Shown here piece after piece: positions 1-8,391 of a DNA stretch of 24,464 nt (position 1 is the first letter of the stretch; each line of letters opens with the position of its first letter). The stretch covers positions 1 through 24,464 of the IMG/VR virus record IMGVR_UViG_3300006789_000153. One strand, written 5' to 3'. The notes below the pieces were generated by a model. It was given only the letters and a program-made list of their open reading frames with translations. It made no database searches and had not been told where the DNA came from. The DNA is from a virus. Taxonomy: Duplodnaviria; Caudoviricetes. The translations under genes and the position numbers were made by a program.

Positions 1-393
1 CGATCAACAGTCGAACAGCTTATCGAAGCGGGTCTACCATGCCGCGTGGTGCCTAAACTGGCCGTACAACAGGGTATTGACGCTGCTCGCCTTGTACTGC
101 CAACATGCCACATTGACACAACCAATGGCGACGCAGGTGTTGAAGCACTTAGAGCGTATCGACGAGAGTTTAACGAGCTTACAAAAGCTTTTAGAGACAC
201 CCCCCTCCACGATTGGGCCTCTGACGGAGCAGATGCGTTTAGATATTTAGCCTTGGTCGCGCAGGAGAAAAGGGGTAATATCACGTCACAACCCTCACGT
301 CCAGTGTTTGAGAAGCCAAAAATCACATTGAACGAGTTGTTTGAGGATAGGGAAAAACCACAGAAGCTATCCATTGCGAGGCGTAGAATTTAA
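1..393 (+). CDS. terL: Terminase large subunit, C-terminal nuclease domain (5'-truncated by window edge)
   Basis: Frame +1 is open from base 1 (RSTVEQLIEAGLPCRVVPK...). It contains GIDAAR...GVEALRAYRREF...PLHDWASDGADAFRYLA, the typical TerL RNase H-like C-terminal motif, and lies directly upstream of the portal with a TAATG stop/start overlap. Confidence 0.9.
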   Translation, partial: RSTVEQLIEAGLPCRVVPKLAVQQGIDAARLVLPTCHIDTTNGDAGVEALRAYRREFNELTKAFRDTPLHDWASDGADAFRYLALVAQEKRGNITSQPSRPVFEKPKITLNELFEDREKPQKLSIARRRI

Positions 394-2468
394 TGGCTAA
401 TAGCAGTGTACAGGGGGCGATAGACTCCCTAGATGAATTTGAGAACGACAGCGAACCAACCGTAGGCCAGCACAAGCGGTGGGACGCGGAGATTAAGGCG
501 GCGTTCACAGCGTGTCGTCAGTACCAGAAGCAGGGCGCGGAGGTGGTGCAGGCGTATTTGAACTCAAAAGCGGGGGAGACGTTTAACCTTAACCTGTTTC
601 ACGCCAATATCAGAACGATGCAGGCAATGATGTTCGGTAAGCTGCCTGAGATAAAATTTTCCCGTACTAACATGGACTTTAACGATGATCCAGCCAGAGT
701 CGCAGGAATCCTGTTCGAGAGGATGCTCAACGCCGACATCGGCACCCCTAATGACCTCTACTCAGAAGCACTTAAACAGAATCTACAGGATCGCCTTTTA
801 CCCGGTCTTGGAATTTCCAGAGTACGCTACGAGTTCGACAAAGAAGAAGTCGAGATCGCATCCGTAACAGATCAGTTGACGGGCCTAGAGCTAGAGCCTG
901 CCCGTACAGAAGAACAGATCACCGACGAGAGAGCACCAATAGATTATGTCCACTGGCGCGATTTTGTATGGGCACCAGCGAGGACATGGCAAGAGGTTCG
1001 ATGGGTAGCCTTCCGCACGCTTATGACAAAGGATCAGCTCACCGAGCGCTTTGGCGAAGACATAGCGAAGCATATTCCCTTAGAGAAGACCGCCTTGGAC
1101 GACGGTGAGGAGGACATCGACTCTGATGATCCAAAGCAAGACGCTTGGATGCGTGGTGAGGTGTGGGAGATATGGGCGAAAGAAGACAAGAAGGTTTATT
1201 GGTTCTGCAAAGGGTATAGTAAGATTCTTGACGAGCAGAACGACCCACTACAGTTGACGGGGTTCTTCCCAATACCACAACCGATGGTTGCTAACGTAAC
1301 CACTACGGCGTTCATGCCCAAGTCAGACTACAAGATGTCTGAAGATTTGTACCTTGAGATAACAAACCTTGAGACACGTATAGCCAAGATTACTGAGGCG
1401 ATTAAGGTCGTTGGAGTCTATGACCAATCTAGCGAGGGCGTTAAGTCGCTCATGCTGGAGGGCGTGGAGAATGACCTGATCCCGGTGGACAACTGGGCGA
1501 TGTTTGGCGAGAAGGGCGGCTTGCAGGGCGCGATTGATTGGCTGCCTATTAAAGAGGTCGCTGAGACTATGATGATATTGGTCGGGCGCAGGGACGACGC
1601 TAAGGCGCTCCTGTTCGAGATCAGTGGTATGTCTGACATCATGCGTGGCGGTAAGCAGGCAGGTGGTGCAGCGTCCGCGACAGAGCGTGCGCTAGAGGCG
1701 CGGTTCGCGTCGATCAACGTACAGTCCATGCAGGACGAGTTTGCCCAGTACGCGACTGACTTGATCCGTCTGCGTGCTGAGATAGTGTCTAAACACTTCC
1801 AGCCTGAGTCAATCGTCAAGCAGTCTAACGCAATGGCGATGACCGCAGAGCAGGAGTTAATTCAGCCTGCTATCGACATTATGAAGAATCGCGCCGACTT
1901 GATATGGCGCATTGAGGTTAAAGCCGAATCAGTAGCGATGGTGGACTATGCACAGCTTAAAGAGGAAAGGACGAGTTACATCACGGCACTGGCTACGTTC
2001 TTACAGTCGGCTGCGCCTCTTGTTGAGTTGGAACCAACTGCAACGCCTGTACTTCTGGAAATGCTCAAGTGGGGGCTTGCGGGGTTCAAGGGCAGCAATG
2101 AGGTTGAAGGAGTTCTCGATCAGGCTATCAAGACGCTTCAGAGCGCCGGGCAACAGGGCGAAAACGATAAGCCGTCTGACGCTGAAATCAAGGCTCAAAC
2201 GGAACAAGCTAAACAGCAGTTTGAAATGCAAAAGCTACAACTCACGCAACAGTTCGAGCAACAGAAATGGCAGTACGAACAGCAGCATATACAACTTGAA
2301 GCGCAGATAAGACAGCAGGAACTCCAGACGGAAAATAATAATAATATCCGTAAGGAGCAGGCTCAAGCTGAACTGAATATGGTCGAAGAAGAGAAAGAGA
2401 CTGAAGAATTTATCAAGCGGGAACAGGCGCGAGCGCGTTTAAACCCGACGCAAAGTTCCAATGAGTGA
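393..2468 (+). CDS. Portal protein (podovirus/P22-like, with Q/E-rich C-terminal coiled-coil)
   Basis: 691 aa immediately after TerL. Motifs include YVHWRDF...ARTWQEVRWVAFR, VWEIW.KEDKKVYW, GFFPIPQP and EISGMSDIMRG. The long helical Q-rich tail resembles a portal barrel. Confidence 0.88.
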   Translation: MANSSVQGAIDSLDEFENDSEPTVGQHKRWDAEIKAAFTACRQYQKQGAEVVQAYLNSKAGETFNLNLFHANIRTMQAMMFGKLPEIKFSRTNMDFNDDPARVAGILFERMLNADIGTPNDLYSEALKQNLQDRLLPGLGISRVRYEFDKEEVEIASVTDQLTGLELEPARTEEQITDERAPIDYVHWRDFVWAPARTWQEVRWVAFRTLMTKDQLTERFGEDIAKHIPLEKTALDDGEEDIDSDDPKQDAWMRGEVWEIWAKEDKKVYWFCKGYSKILDEQNDPLQLTGFFPIPQPMVANVTTTAFMPKSDYKMSEDLYLEITNLETRIAKITEAIKVVGVYDQSSEGVKSLMLEGVENDLIPVDNWAMFGEKGGLQGAIDWLPIKEVAETMMILVGRRDDAKALLFEISGMSDIMRGGKQAGGAASATERALEARFASINVQSMQDEFAQYATDLIRLRAEIVSKHFQPESIVKQSNAMAMTAEQELIQPAIDIMKNRADLIWRIEVKAESVAMVDYAQLKEERTSYITALATFLQSAAPLVELEPTATPVLLEMLKWGLAGFKGSNEVEGVLDQAIKTLQSAGQQGENDKPSDAEIKAQTEQAKQQFEMQKLQLTQQFEQQKWQYEQQHIQLEAQIRQQELQTENNNNIRKEQAQAELNMVEEEKETEEFIKREQARARLNPTQSSNE

Positions 2469-2889
2469 TCTCGTCGAGCGCGTCTGTCTGCATGAAGGCT
2501 TCAGAGCTAAACCTTATCAGGATCATCTGGGCAACTGGACATTCGGGCACGGGCTGACGTGGATCAGTGAGGAAGAATCCAAGCGCATCGTCAACGAGCG
2601 CCTGTTGCAGATTATGCGCGAATTGAAGACACAGCACCCAGCGTGCTTAGACCCTAATTTTTACTCTGATGCTGAGATAGAAGTGCTTGACGAAGTGGTA
2701 GAAGTAACAGCCGAAATGGCCTTTCAACTGGGTGTCGCAGGCGTAAACAAATTCAAGAAAATGTGGGCCGCGCTGGAAGCGGGTAACTACATGTTGGCAC
2801 AGATGGAAATGTTAGACTCACAGTGGGCAGAGCAGACGCCAGAAAGGGCGCACGAATTGGCTGACGTTATTGGGGAGTTGAATGAGTGA
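2461..2889 (+). CDS. Endolysin, T4-lysozyme-like (GH24) muramidase
   Basis: HEGFRAKPYQDHLGNWTFGHG gives the E-x8-D-x5-T catalytic triad. MAFQLGVAGVNKFKKM and MLDSQWAEQTPERA parallel T4 lysozyme (MVFQMG..GVAGF, SRWYNQTPNRA). Confidence 0.9.
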   Translation: MSDLVERVCLHEGFRAKPYQDHLGNWTFGHGLTWISEEESKRIVNERLLQIMRELKTQHPACLDPNFYSDAEIEVLDEVVEVTAEMAFQLGVAGVNKFKKMWAALEAGNYMLAQMEMLDSQWAEQTPERAHELADVIGELNE

Positions 2890-3370
2890 CATGGGTAGCA
2901 ACGACAGGTGTAGTGGATACGTTGAATTAATAGCGGCGATGAAAGAGGCTAATGCAGATTTAATGATACGAGTTACGGAACGACTTGCACAGCACCGACA
3001 ACAAGATCAGCAATTCATGGCTGACGTGAAAATGTCGGTTGCGTTGACCGCGCAGAAAGCTGACGAGATAGGTAAAGTGCTCACGCCAATACCTGCACGA
3101 ATTTCGGCGCTTGAAACGTCTGTGCGCCAGATTGCGGACAACGACAAAACACAGTTTGACTTAATTACGCAGATACGCGAAGACCACCGCGATCTTGAGG
3201 TAAAGGTTGCGAAGATACCCAACGTAAGGCAGTCGTTAGCTGCGGTTAAGACTAATGGGGGTTTTTTGACGTCCGCGAACGGTAAGTATGCAATATGGGC
3301 GGGCATACTTATCATCGTCGGGCTGTTTGGTATTGCGGGGGTCAACATGACAGGAGTGATAAAGCCTTAG
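2882..3370 (+). CDS. Coiled-coil protein with C-terminal transmembrane helix (lysis-cassette membrane protein, function uncertain)
   Basis: 162 aa with a heptad-like middle and a hydrophobic C-terminal segment (YAIWAGILIIVGLFGIAGV). It overlaps the endolysin stop and precedes the putative holin. Confidence 0.6.
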   Translation: MSDMGSNDRCSGYVELIAAMKEANADLMIRVTERLAQHRQQDQQFMADVKMSVALTAQKADEIGKVLTPIPARISALETSVRQIADNDKTQFDLITQIREDHRDLEVKVAKIPNVRQSLAAVKTNGGFLTSANGKYAIWAGILIIVGLFGIAGVNMTGVIKP

Positions 3371-3729
3371 TGGGTATTATAGCTAAAATTCTAGGTTCGG
3401 GTGACGTTCTGGCTAAGGGGCTTGAACTGATCGACGATGCGTTCGAGTCAGAGGAAGAAAAGCGCGAGTCGAAAGCTAAAGCTAAGATAGACCTGATGAA
3501 AGCATACGCGCCGTTTAAACTCGCGCAGCGGTACATCGCGTTGCTGTTTACCTGCACGTTTCTTGCGTGCTTTTTTATTGTATTGATTATGACGCTGATG
3601 GGCGTAGGCGACACCGCCGAAGTTGTTAGCATCATGGCAGAGTTTAAAATTGGTTGGATTATGACCACTATCGTGCTGTTTTATTTTGGTGGTGGTCTAG
3701 TAGAGTCAGTAGGAAGCATTAAAAAATGA
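3370..3729 (+). CDS. Putative holin
   Basis: Likely start is GTG at 3370, overlapping the upstream TAG, with AGGAG at 3352-3356; the ORF track start at 3295 is probably too long. Amphipathic N-terminus, charged EEEKRESKAKAK segment, then two TM helices (YIALLFTCTFLACFFIVLIMTLMGV; IGWIMTTIVLFYFGG). Adjacent to the endolysin. Confidence 0.65.
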   Translation: MGIIAKILGSGDVLAKGLELIDDAFESEEEKRESKAKAKIDLMKAYAPFKLAQRYIALLFTCTFLACFFIVLIMTLMGVGDTAEVVSIMAEFKIGWIMTTIVLFYFGGGLVESVGSIKK

Positions 3730-4085
3730 CACGCAGACGGTGGCGACAGATCGAAGGGCGGTTAGTCGAAATTGACATCAAAACCGGGCAACCTGTGGGC
3801 GCAGATGAGCCGCCTATTCGTTCTCACGGTGTTTCTGTGTTTCAGGAGGTCATAGCACCCGATGGGACGAGAATCGCCTCACGGGACGCTATGAGGGCCT
3901 ACGAGAACCGCACAGGCATGACAAATGACCTTGATAGCCTCAGAACGCAGACACGCCGGGAGTTAAACAGGGCAAACGAGGTAACAAAGCCAAAGAAAGA
4001 CCCAACACGCATACCCGCATTGTTGGACGCATTTGAGCGAGCAAGTTCGTCAGGGTACAGTAGGAGGCCCGTATATGATGAGTGA
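3726..4085 (+). CDS. Small hypothetical phage protein upstream of scaffold
   Basis: 119 aa with ATGA overlap to the holin stop. The APDGTRIASRDAMRAYENRTG segment resembles small proteins I recall between portal and scaffold in podoviruses. Confidence 0.6.
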   Translation: MTRRRWRQIEGRLVEIDIKTGQPVGADEPPIRSHGVSVFQEVIAPDGTRIASRDAMRAYENRTGMTNDLDSLRTQTRRELNRANEVTKPKKDPTRIPALLDAFERASSSGYSRRPVYDE

Positions 4086-5094
4086 AATAGCAGCGGAAGT
4101 AGTAGACGACGAGGAAGGCGAAGAATCAGGTAATGAGATGGAGGACGCGCTTTCAGCGGCCTTCGACGAGTCAGAGGCGGCGGAAGCGGCAGCTAGTCCC
4201 GCGCCTGAAGCAAAACCCTCGGTGGAGTCGGCTCCCGAATCAACCACCACAACCCCAAGTACGGGGGACGCTCCACCCGAGGGAACTACGGAAGAGCCTG
4301 CGGCGCTTACAGCCCCGGCGTCATGGTCGCCTGAAGCGCGAGAGGCGTGGAAAAGCATACCTCCAGAGGTGCAGAAGCACATCGACAAGCGTGAGGCTGA
4401 GATCCGCACGGCGCTGAACGACACAGGCACCGCACGCCAGCACCAGACGGAGTTCCAACGGCTGACCCAACCATACCAGCAGTTGTTCCAAGCGCAAGGC
4501 GTGGATGCCATGACAGGCATAAACGCCGTGCTGGGTACGGCAGCGGTGTTACAGGGAGGCACAGTTCAGCAGAAAGCGGAGACAGTTGCTACGCTCATCG
4601 AAGATTATGGTATAGATATCAGTGCCTTAGACGATCTTCTTGTGGGCAATATCCAACCGCAATCTAATGACCCGGAGGTGGCGCAGCTACGTGAACAACT
4701 GGCGCAGCAACAGCAGTGGATAAATAATCAACAGCAGCAGTATCAGGCGCAGACCAACGCAGAGCAGCAGCGTTTAAACAACGACGCGGAGCAGTTCATC
4801 AAGACGCATGAATTTGGTGAAGACGTGCGGCGCGATATGGCACGCTTCTTTGATGTCGCCGTGCAGCAGGGGGAGACGCTGACGATGGACGAGGCGTACA
4901 GACGCGCCCTGTCTACACGCCCGGACATTTTGAAGATCATCCAGAACAGGAATAACAGCCGCAGAAATCAGGACGCCGTAGGCTCGGCACAGGCCGCAGG
5001 ACGGTCAGTACCACAAAATTCAAGCGTAGCCGCACAAGCCCCCGCGCCTACGTCAATGCGAGGGGCACTTGAACAAGCATGGGAAGACGTTTAA
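4075..5094 (+). CDS. Capsid scaffolding protein
   Basis: AGGAGG at 4062-4067 supports the ATG at 4075. Acidic/Pro-rich disordered N-terminus, APASWSPEAREAWKSIPPEVQKHIDKRE motif, helical Q-rich body and C-terminal SMRGALEQAWED. Directly upstream of the major capsid gene. Confidence 0.8.
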   Translation: MMSEIAAEVVDDEEGEESGNEMEDALSAAFDESEAAEAAASPAPEAKPSVESAPESTTTTPSTGDAPPEGTTEEPAALTAPASWSPEAREAWKSIPPEVQKHIDKREAEIRTALNDTGTARQHQTEFQRLTQPYQQLFQAQGVDAMTGINAVLGTAAVLQGGTVQQKAETVATLIEDYGIDISALDDLLVGNIQPQSNDPEVAQLREQLAQQQQWINNQQQQYQAQTNAEQQRLNNDAEQFIKTHEFGEDVRRDMARFFDVAVQQGETLTMDEAYRRALSTRPDILKIIQNRNNSRRNQDAVGSAQAAGRSVPQNSSVAAQAPAPTSMRGALEQAWEDV

Positions 5095-5097
5095 TAT
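5069..5097 (+). promoter_or_regulatory. Possible sigma70-type promoter for the capsid/decoration unit
   Basis: TTGAAC (5069-5074), 17-bp spacer, TAATAT (5092-5097). Each box matches consensus at 4/6. It sits at the start of the longest intergenic gap among the structural genes. Confidence 0.3.
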
Positions 5098-5140
5098 GTG
5101 AACCCTATGCACGAAAAGTAGACCAAATTACGAGATTAGC

Positions 5141-5228
5141 CCCACGGAGGACAGACGAGCGCAAGCCCACGGAGTCCAGACGAGGTAAACCCCCGGAATT
5201 AGAGTCGTTGCAACGCCCACAGGTAAGG
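5141..5228 (+). repeat. About 25-bp-period degenerate direct repeats in the capsid leader
   Basis: CCCACGGAGGACAGACGAG (5141-5159) and CCCACGGAGTCCAGACGAG (5166-5184) match at 17/19. Weaker copies are CCCCCGGAAT (5190) and CCCACAGGT (5216). Confidence 0.7.
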
Positions 5229-5285
5229 CTGACCGTTGTTAATGCTCAGGTTAAAAACTGAAACTCTAACTAGGAGGATTGGCTA

Positions 5286-6248
5286 ATGTCATTCCCAAAC
5301 GTGAGCGATATTCTTGCCACGACCATTGAAAACCGATCTAAAAAGATCGCAGACAATGTGACTGACAACAATGTTCTGCTCAAAAAATTGTCTATGTCGG
5401 GCAAGGTTAAAACCTTCTCTGGCGGGCACAAGATATACCAGGAGTTGAGTTTCGCTGAAAACGGCAACTCCGGTTTCTATTCCGGGTACGACCAGCTTCC
5501 TATCTCTGCCAGTGACGTGTTAAGCGCCGCTGAATTTGATATCAAGCAGGCCGCTGTACCTTGTATCGTCTCCGGGCTGGAGCTACTCCAGAACTCAGGT
5601 AAAGAGCAAATGATCGACCTGCTCGAAAGTCGCCTGAGCGTTGCCGAATCCACACTGACAAATCTCATCTGCGAAGGCATGTACTCTGACGGTACAGGCT
5701 CTGGCGGTAAAGAGATCACAGGTCTTGACCTCGCTGTACCCGTTACAGCTACGACGGGCACCTATGGCGGTATCAACCGCGCTACGTGGACTTTCTGGCG
5801 AACCACCTCAACAACTGCGGACTATTCGTCAACTACACTCCAATCAGCTATGAACACTATGTGGGCAGCACTGACACGGGGTAGCGATAGACCCAACTTG
5901 ATTATTATGGATAACGCCATGTGGACACTCTACATGGATACGCTGCAAGCGCAGCAACGCTTCCATAGTGCTGAAGTCGGAGACTCCGGTTTTCCTTCAA
6001 TCAAGTACATGGGTACGGATGTATGTCTGGATGGAGGTATTGGCGGTAACGCTACTACCCGGACTGCATATTTTCTCAACTGTGACTACCTGCACTGGCG
6101 ACCACACTCCAAGCGTAATATGGTGCCACTGTCCCCAAATCGTCGTTATGCGACGAATCAGGATGCTGAAGTTCAGATTCTGGCGTGGGCGGGCAATATG
6201 ACTTGCTCAGGGGCACGCTACCAAGGACGCTTGATAGACTCCGCGTAA
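5286..6248 (+). CDS. Major capsid protein (HK97-type fold inferred)
   Basis: 320 aa with strong RBS TAGGAGG at 5271-5277. ATTIENRSKKIADNVTDNN, AAEFDIKQAAV...SGLELLQNSGKEQMIDLLESR, YGGINRATWTFWR and NQDAEVQILAWAGNMTCS are recognisable podophage capsid motifs. Follows the scaffold. Confidence 0.9.
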   Translation: MSFPNVSDILATTIENRSKKIADNVTDNNVLLKKLSMSGKVKTFSGGHKIYQELSFAENGNSGFYSGYDQLPISASDVLSAAEFDIKQAAVPCIVSGLELLQNSGKEQMIDLLESRLSVAESTLTNLICEGMYSDGTGSGGKEITGLDLAVPVTATTGTYGGINRATWTFWRTTSTTADYSSTTLQSAMNTMWAALTRGSDRPNLIIMDNAMWTLYMDTLQAQQRFHSAEVGDSGFPSIKYMGTDVCLDGGIGGNATTRTAYFLNCDYLHWRPHSKRNMVPLSPNRRYATNQDAEVQILAWAGNMTCSGARYQGRLIDSA

Positions 6249-6287
6249 CAGCAGGGTTAAGCTAAACGTCTGTAGGAGGGCGTATAC

Positions 6288-6788
6288 ATGAGTGATTTTA
6301 AACGTTTGAACGGTATTATTGGTGGTCAAGCGATTGACGAGAATAGTACCACCCAGAAGCATGAGCTAGGTGAAATAGCTTATGCCCGTGATACGGCATC
6401 AACAGCTTATGGCGACGGTGTATTTATTTACTGCACAGGGCTTGCCTCTGTAGCAGTAGGTGAGTGTGTAAAGATTGAAGCAGACACATACACCGTGAAA
6501 TTGGCTGTTGCTGATGACGCTGGCGCGATTGGTTTCGCAATGGCGGCTACGGTAGCCGACGAGTACGGGTGGTTTCAGATCAAGGGCTGTGCGGTTGGGT
6601 TGGGAGCGGCTTCTAACGCTGACAACGCGGCGCAGTACCTTACGGCAACTGCCGGTACTATCGACGATGCTGTTGTCGCTGGTGATCGTATCCATAATTG
6701 TCTTTCAGTCAGTGCGGTGGACACACCAAGCACTGGGTTGATCGAATTGGATATAAACTATCCGCACACTGATAATATTGCGGACTAA
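6288..6788 (+). CDS. Capsid decoration/cement protein (putative)
   Basis: 166 aa, Ala/Gly/Asp-rich and beta-type, with YGWFQIKG and TATAGTIDDAVVAGD motifs. RBS AGGAGG; lies between the capsid gene and a terminator. Confidence 0.65.
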   Translation: MSDFKRLNGIIGGQAIDENSTTQKHELGEIAYARDTASTAYGDGVFIYCTGLASVAVGECVKIEADTYTVKLAVADDAGAIGFAMAATVADEYGWFQIKGCAVGLGAASNADNAAQYLTATAGTIDDAVVAGDRIHNCLSVSAVDTPSTGLIELDINYPHTDNIAD

Positions 6789-6797
6789 CAGGTTAAT

Positions 6798-6820
6798 GGG
6801 GGCGCAAGCCCCCTTTTCCT
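6798..6820 (+). terminator. Rho-independent terminator after capsid/decoration genes
   Basis: GGGGGC-GCAA-GCCCCC stem with a GNRA tetraloop, followed by TTTTCCT. Confidence 0.85.
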
Positions 6821-6847
6821 TACACAAATACAGTAGGAGTATTTTAT

Positions 6848-7648
6848 ATGTCTGAGTTTGACTTAGATGAGAGTCTTAATGATATAGCTTTAGGCCCTGA
6901 GCATGTGGGGGCTGGTCAGCTCAATCATGGGCTGTACGTGAAATTTTACATGAACTCGGTACTTGATGATGCCGCGTCTACCCAGCACGGTCGTGCGGTG
7001 TACAAAGACGTAGAGTTTGTTCAGATCATGGTGCCGGGGGACAAAAACTCCCTTATCGACAGACCCATCCGATTGGGGTTTGACGAGAAGTCAGACAACC
7101 AGAAATTTGCGCGTGAGTACGCGCTGTTTAAAGAGAACAAAGATCAGAAAGTGGATGGCACGCCTCTCAAGGAGTGGCCCCCGCTGAGTAAAGGCCAGAT
7201 TCAGGAACTGGCATATTTCAATGTCACCACGTTGGAGCAGTTAGCCAACCTGTCTGACACCATACTACAAAAATTCATGGGTGCTAACCGCTTACGTGAA
7301 CTTGCCCGGAGATATCTGGAGCAGGCCAAAGGCGGCGCACCCTTGGTGCAAATGCAGGCCGAGCTTACTCAGCGTGACGAACAGCTCGCAGCCCAGCAGT
7401 TGCAGATCGACCAGCTTGTACAGGAGATGGGCGCGCTACGCGCACAGGCGGGGCAGCCTATAGCAGTGCCGCAGACGCCTATTGGCACACCGCCAGCAGT
7501 ACCTACTCAGGAACAAGAGCCTATGGGCTTCGTACCTGAAGAACAGCCCCTGCCTGACGACCTACCCCCGCCTGACGAGGAATTTGACCTTGAAGCTGCG
7601 GAGGTGAAACCAAAGCCGAAAGGCAAACGGAGGTCAGTAGCGAGCTAA
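6848..7648 (+). CDS. Hypothetical phage protein with possible helix-hairpin-helix-like region and coiled coil
   Basis: 266 aa with RBS AGGAG. Contains GTPLKEWPPL...ELAYFNVTTLEQLANLSD, then a coiled coil, a Pro/acidic linker and a basic tail (KPKPKGKRR). Confidence 0.65.
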   Translation: MSEFDLDESLNDIALGPEHVGAGQLNHGLYVKFYMNSVLDDAASTQHGRAVYKDVEFVQIMVPGDKNSLIDRPIRLGFDEKSDNQKFAREYALFKENKDQKVDGTPLKEWPPLSKGQIQELAYFNVTTLEQLANLSDTILQKFMGANRLRELARRYLEQAKGGAPLVQMQAELTQRDEQLAAQQLQIDQLVQEMGALRAQAGQPIAVPQTPIGTPPAVPTQEQEPMGFVPEEQPLPDDLPPPDEEFDLEAAEVKPKPKGKRRSVAS

Positions 7649-8389
7649 ATGGCGATAACGCGGTATCAGACATGCGGAGACATCGTTAATCGTGTAGCTG
7701 TTGAAGTTGGGCTGCGTGAGACTTCCGATGTGTTCGCTTCCTCTGATGACGCGATTATACAGCTACGCACGCTACTAACGACTACACTACAGGAACTCAT
7801 GCTGCTGCACCCGTGGCAGCGTTTAATCCGTGAGTTTCAATATACGACGGGAACGAGTGAGAGCGGGCCGCTGGATTTACCTGACGACTTCGCTTACATG
7901 ATCCCACAGACCGGATGGGAGCGTAGTTCAAATGTCCCTCTGATCGGGCCATTGGCACCCCAAGCATGGACTTACCTACTGGGTCGAGACTTGGTTGGTT
8001 CCACGATTTACGCTTCCTTCCGGTTCGATCAAGATAAGTTCTATGTGTATCCATCAACGCCGATGCCTGATGCGCTCGATATTAACTTCGAGTATGTCTC
8101 GCGTAACCTCATCGCTGACGACGGTGCGACCACTTATTCTGACGTGGCAACAGTCCACGCTGACGTGGTGGTGTTGCCTATCCATGTCGTCACACGATTG
8201 CTCAAGGTGAAGTTTCTCGACGCTAAAGGATTCGATACGCAGAAGGCGACTAACGAATACAATATGGCGCTTGACTCTGAAATAGGTAAAGACAACTCAG
8301 GCGGTATACTTACAGTAGGTAAAAACAGGTTTGGCGGGTACTACCTTGACGGGTTCCGTAATACGCCTGATACTGGCTTTGGCACCTAA
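7649..8389 (+). CDS. Head-tail adaptor / tail tubular protein A (putative)
   Basis: 246 aa in the adaptor position. Helical N-terminus (IVNRVAVEVGL), HPWQRL, LPDDFAYMIPQTGWERS and FEYVSRN motifs fit podophage adaptors. Confidence 0.7.
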   Translation: MAITRYQTCGDIVNRVAVEVGLRETSDVFASSDDAIIQLRTLLTTTLQELMLLHPWQRLIREFQYTTGTSESGPLDLPDDFAYMIPQTGWERSSNVPLIGPLAPQAWTYLLGRDLVGSTIYASFRFDQDKFYVYPSTPMPDALDINFEYVSRNLIADDGATTYSDVATVHADVVVLPIHVVTRLLKVKFLDAKGFDTQKATNEYNMALDSEIGKDNSGGILTVGKNRFGGYYLDGFRNTPDTGFGT

Positions 8390-8391
8390 CC

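Noticed and set aside
5141-5228. Mini-CRISPR array
   Set aside because: Repeats are 19 bp with about 6-bp gaps, far too short for spacers. They degenerate quickly and no cas genes are present.
5079-5261. 60-aa ORF spanning the capsid leader
   Set aside because: No convincing RBS, it overlaps the scaffold end, and the sequence has no protein-like motif. The region is better explained as a regulatory leader, though translation is not excluded.
4057-6840. Recurrent (C/G)TAGGAG motif at about 4060, 5270, 6272 and 6833 as a phage promoter
   Set aside because: Each copy sits 7-10 nt upstream of a start codon and is simply a strong Shine-Dalgarno sequence.
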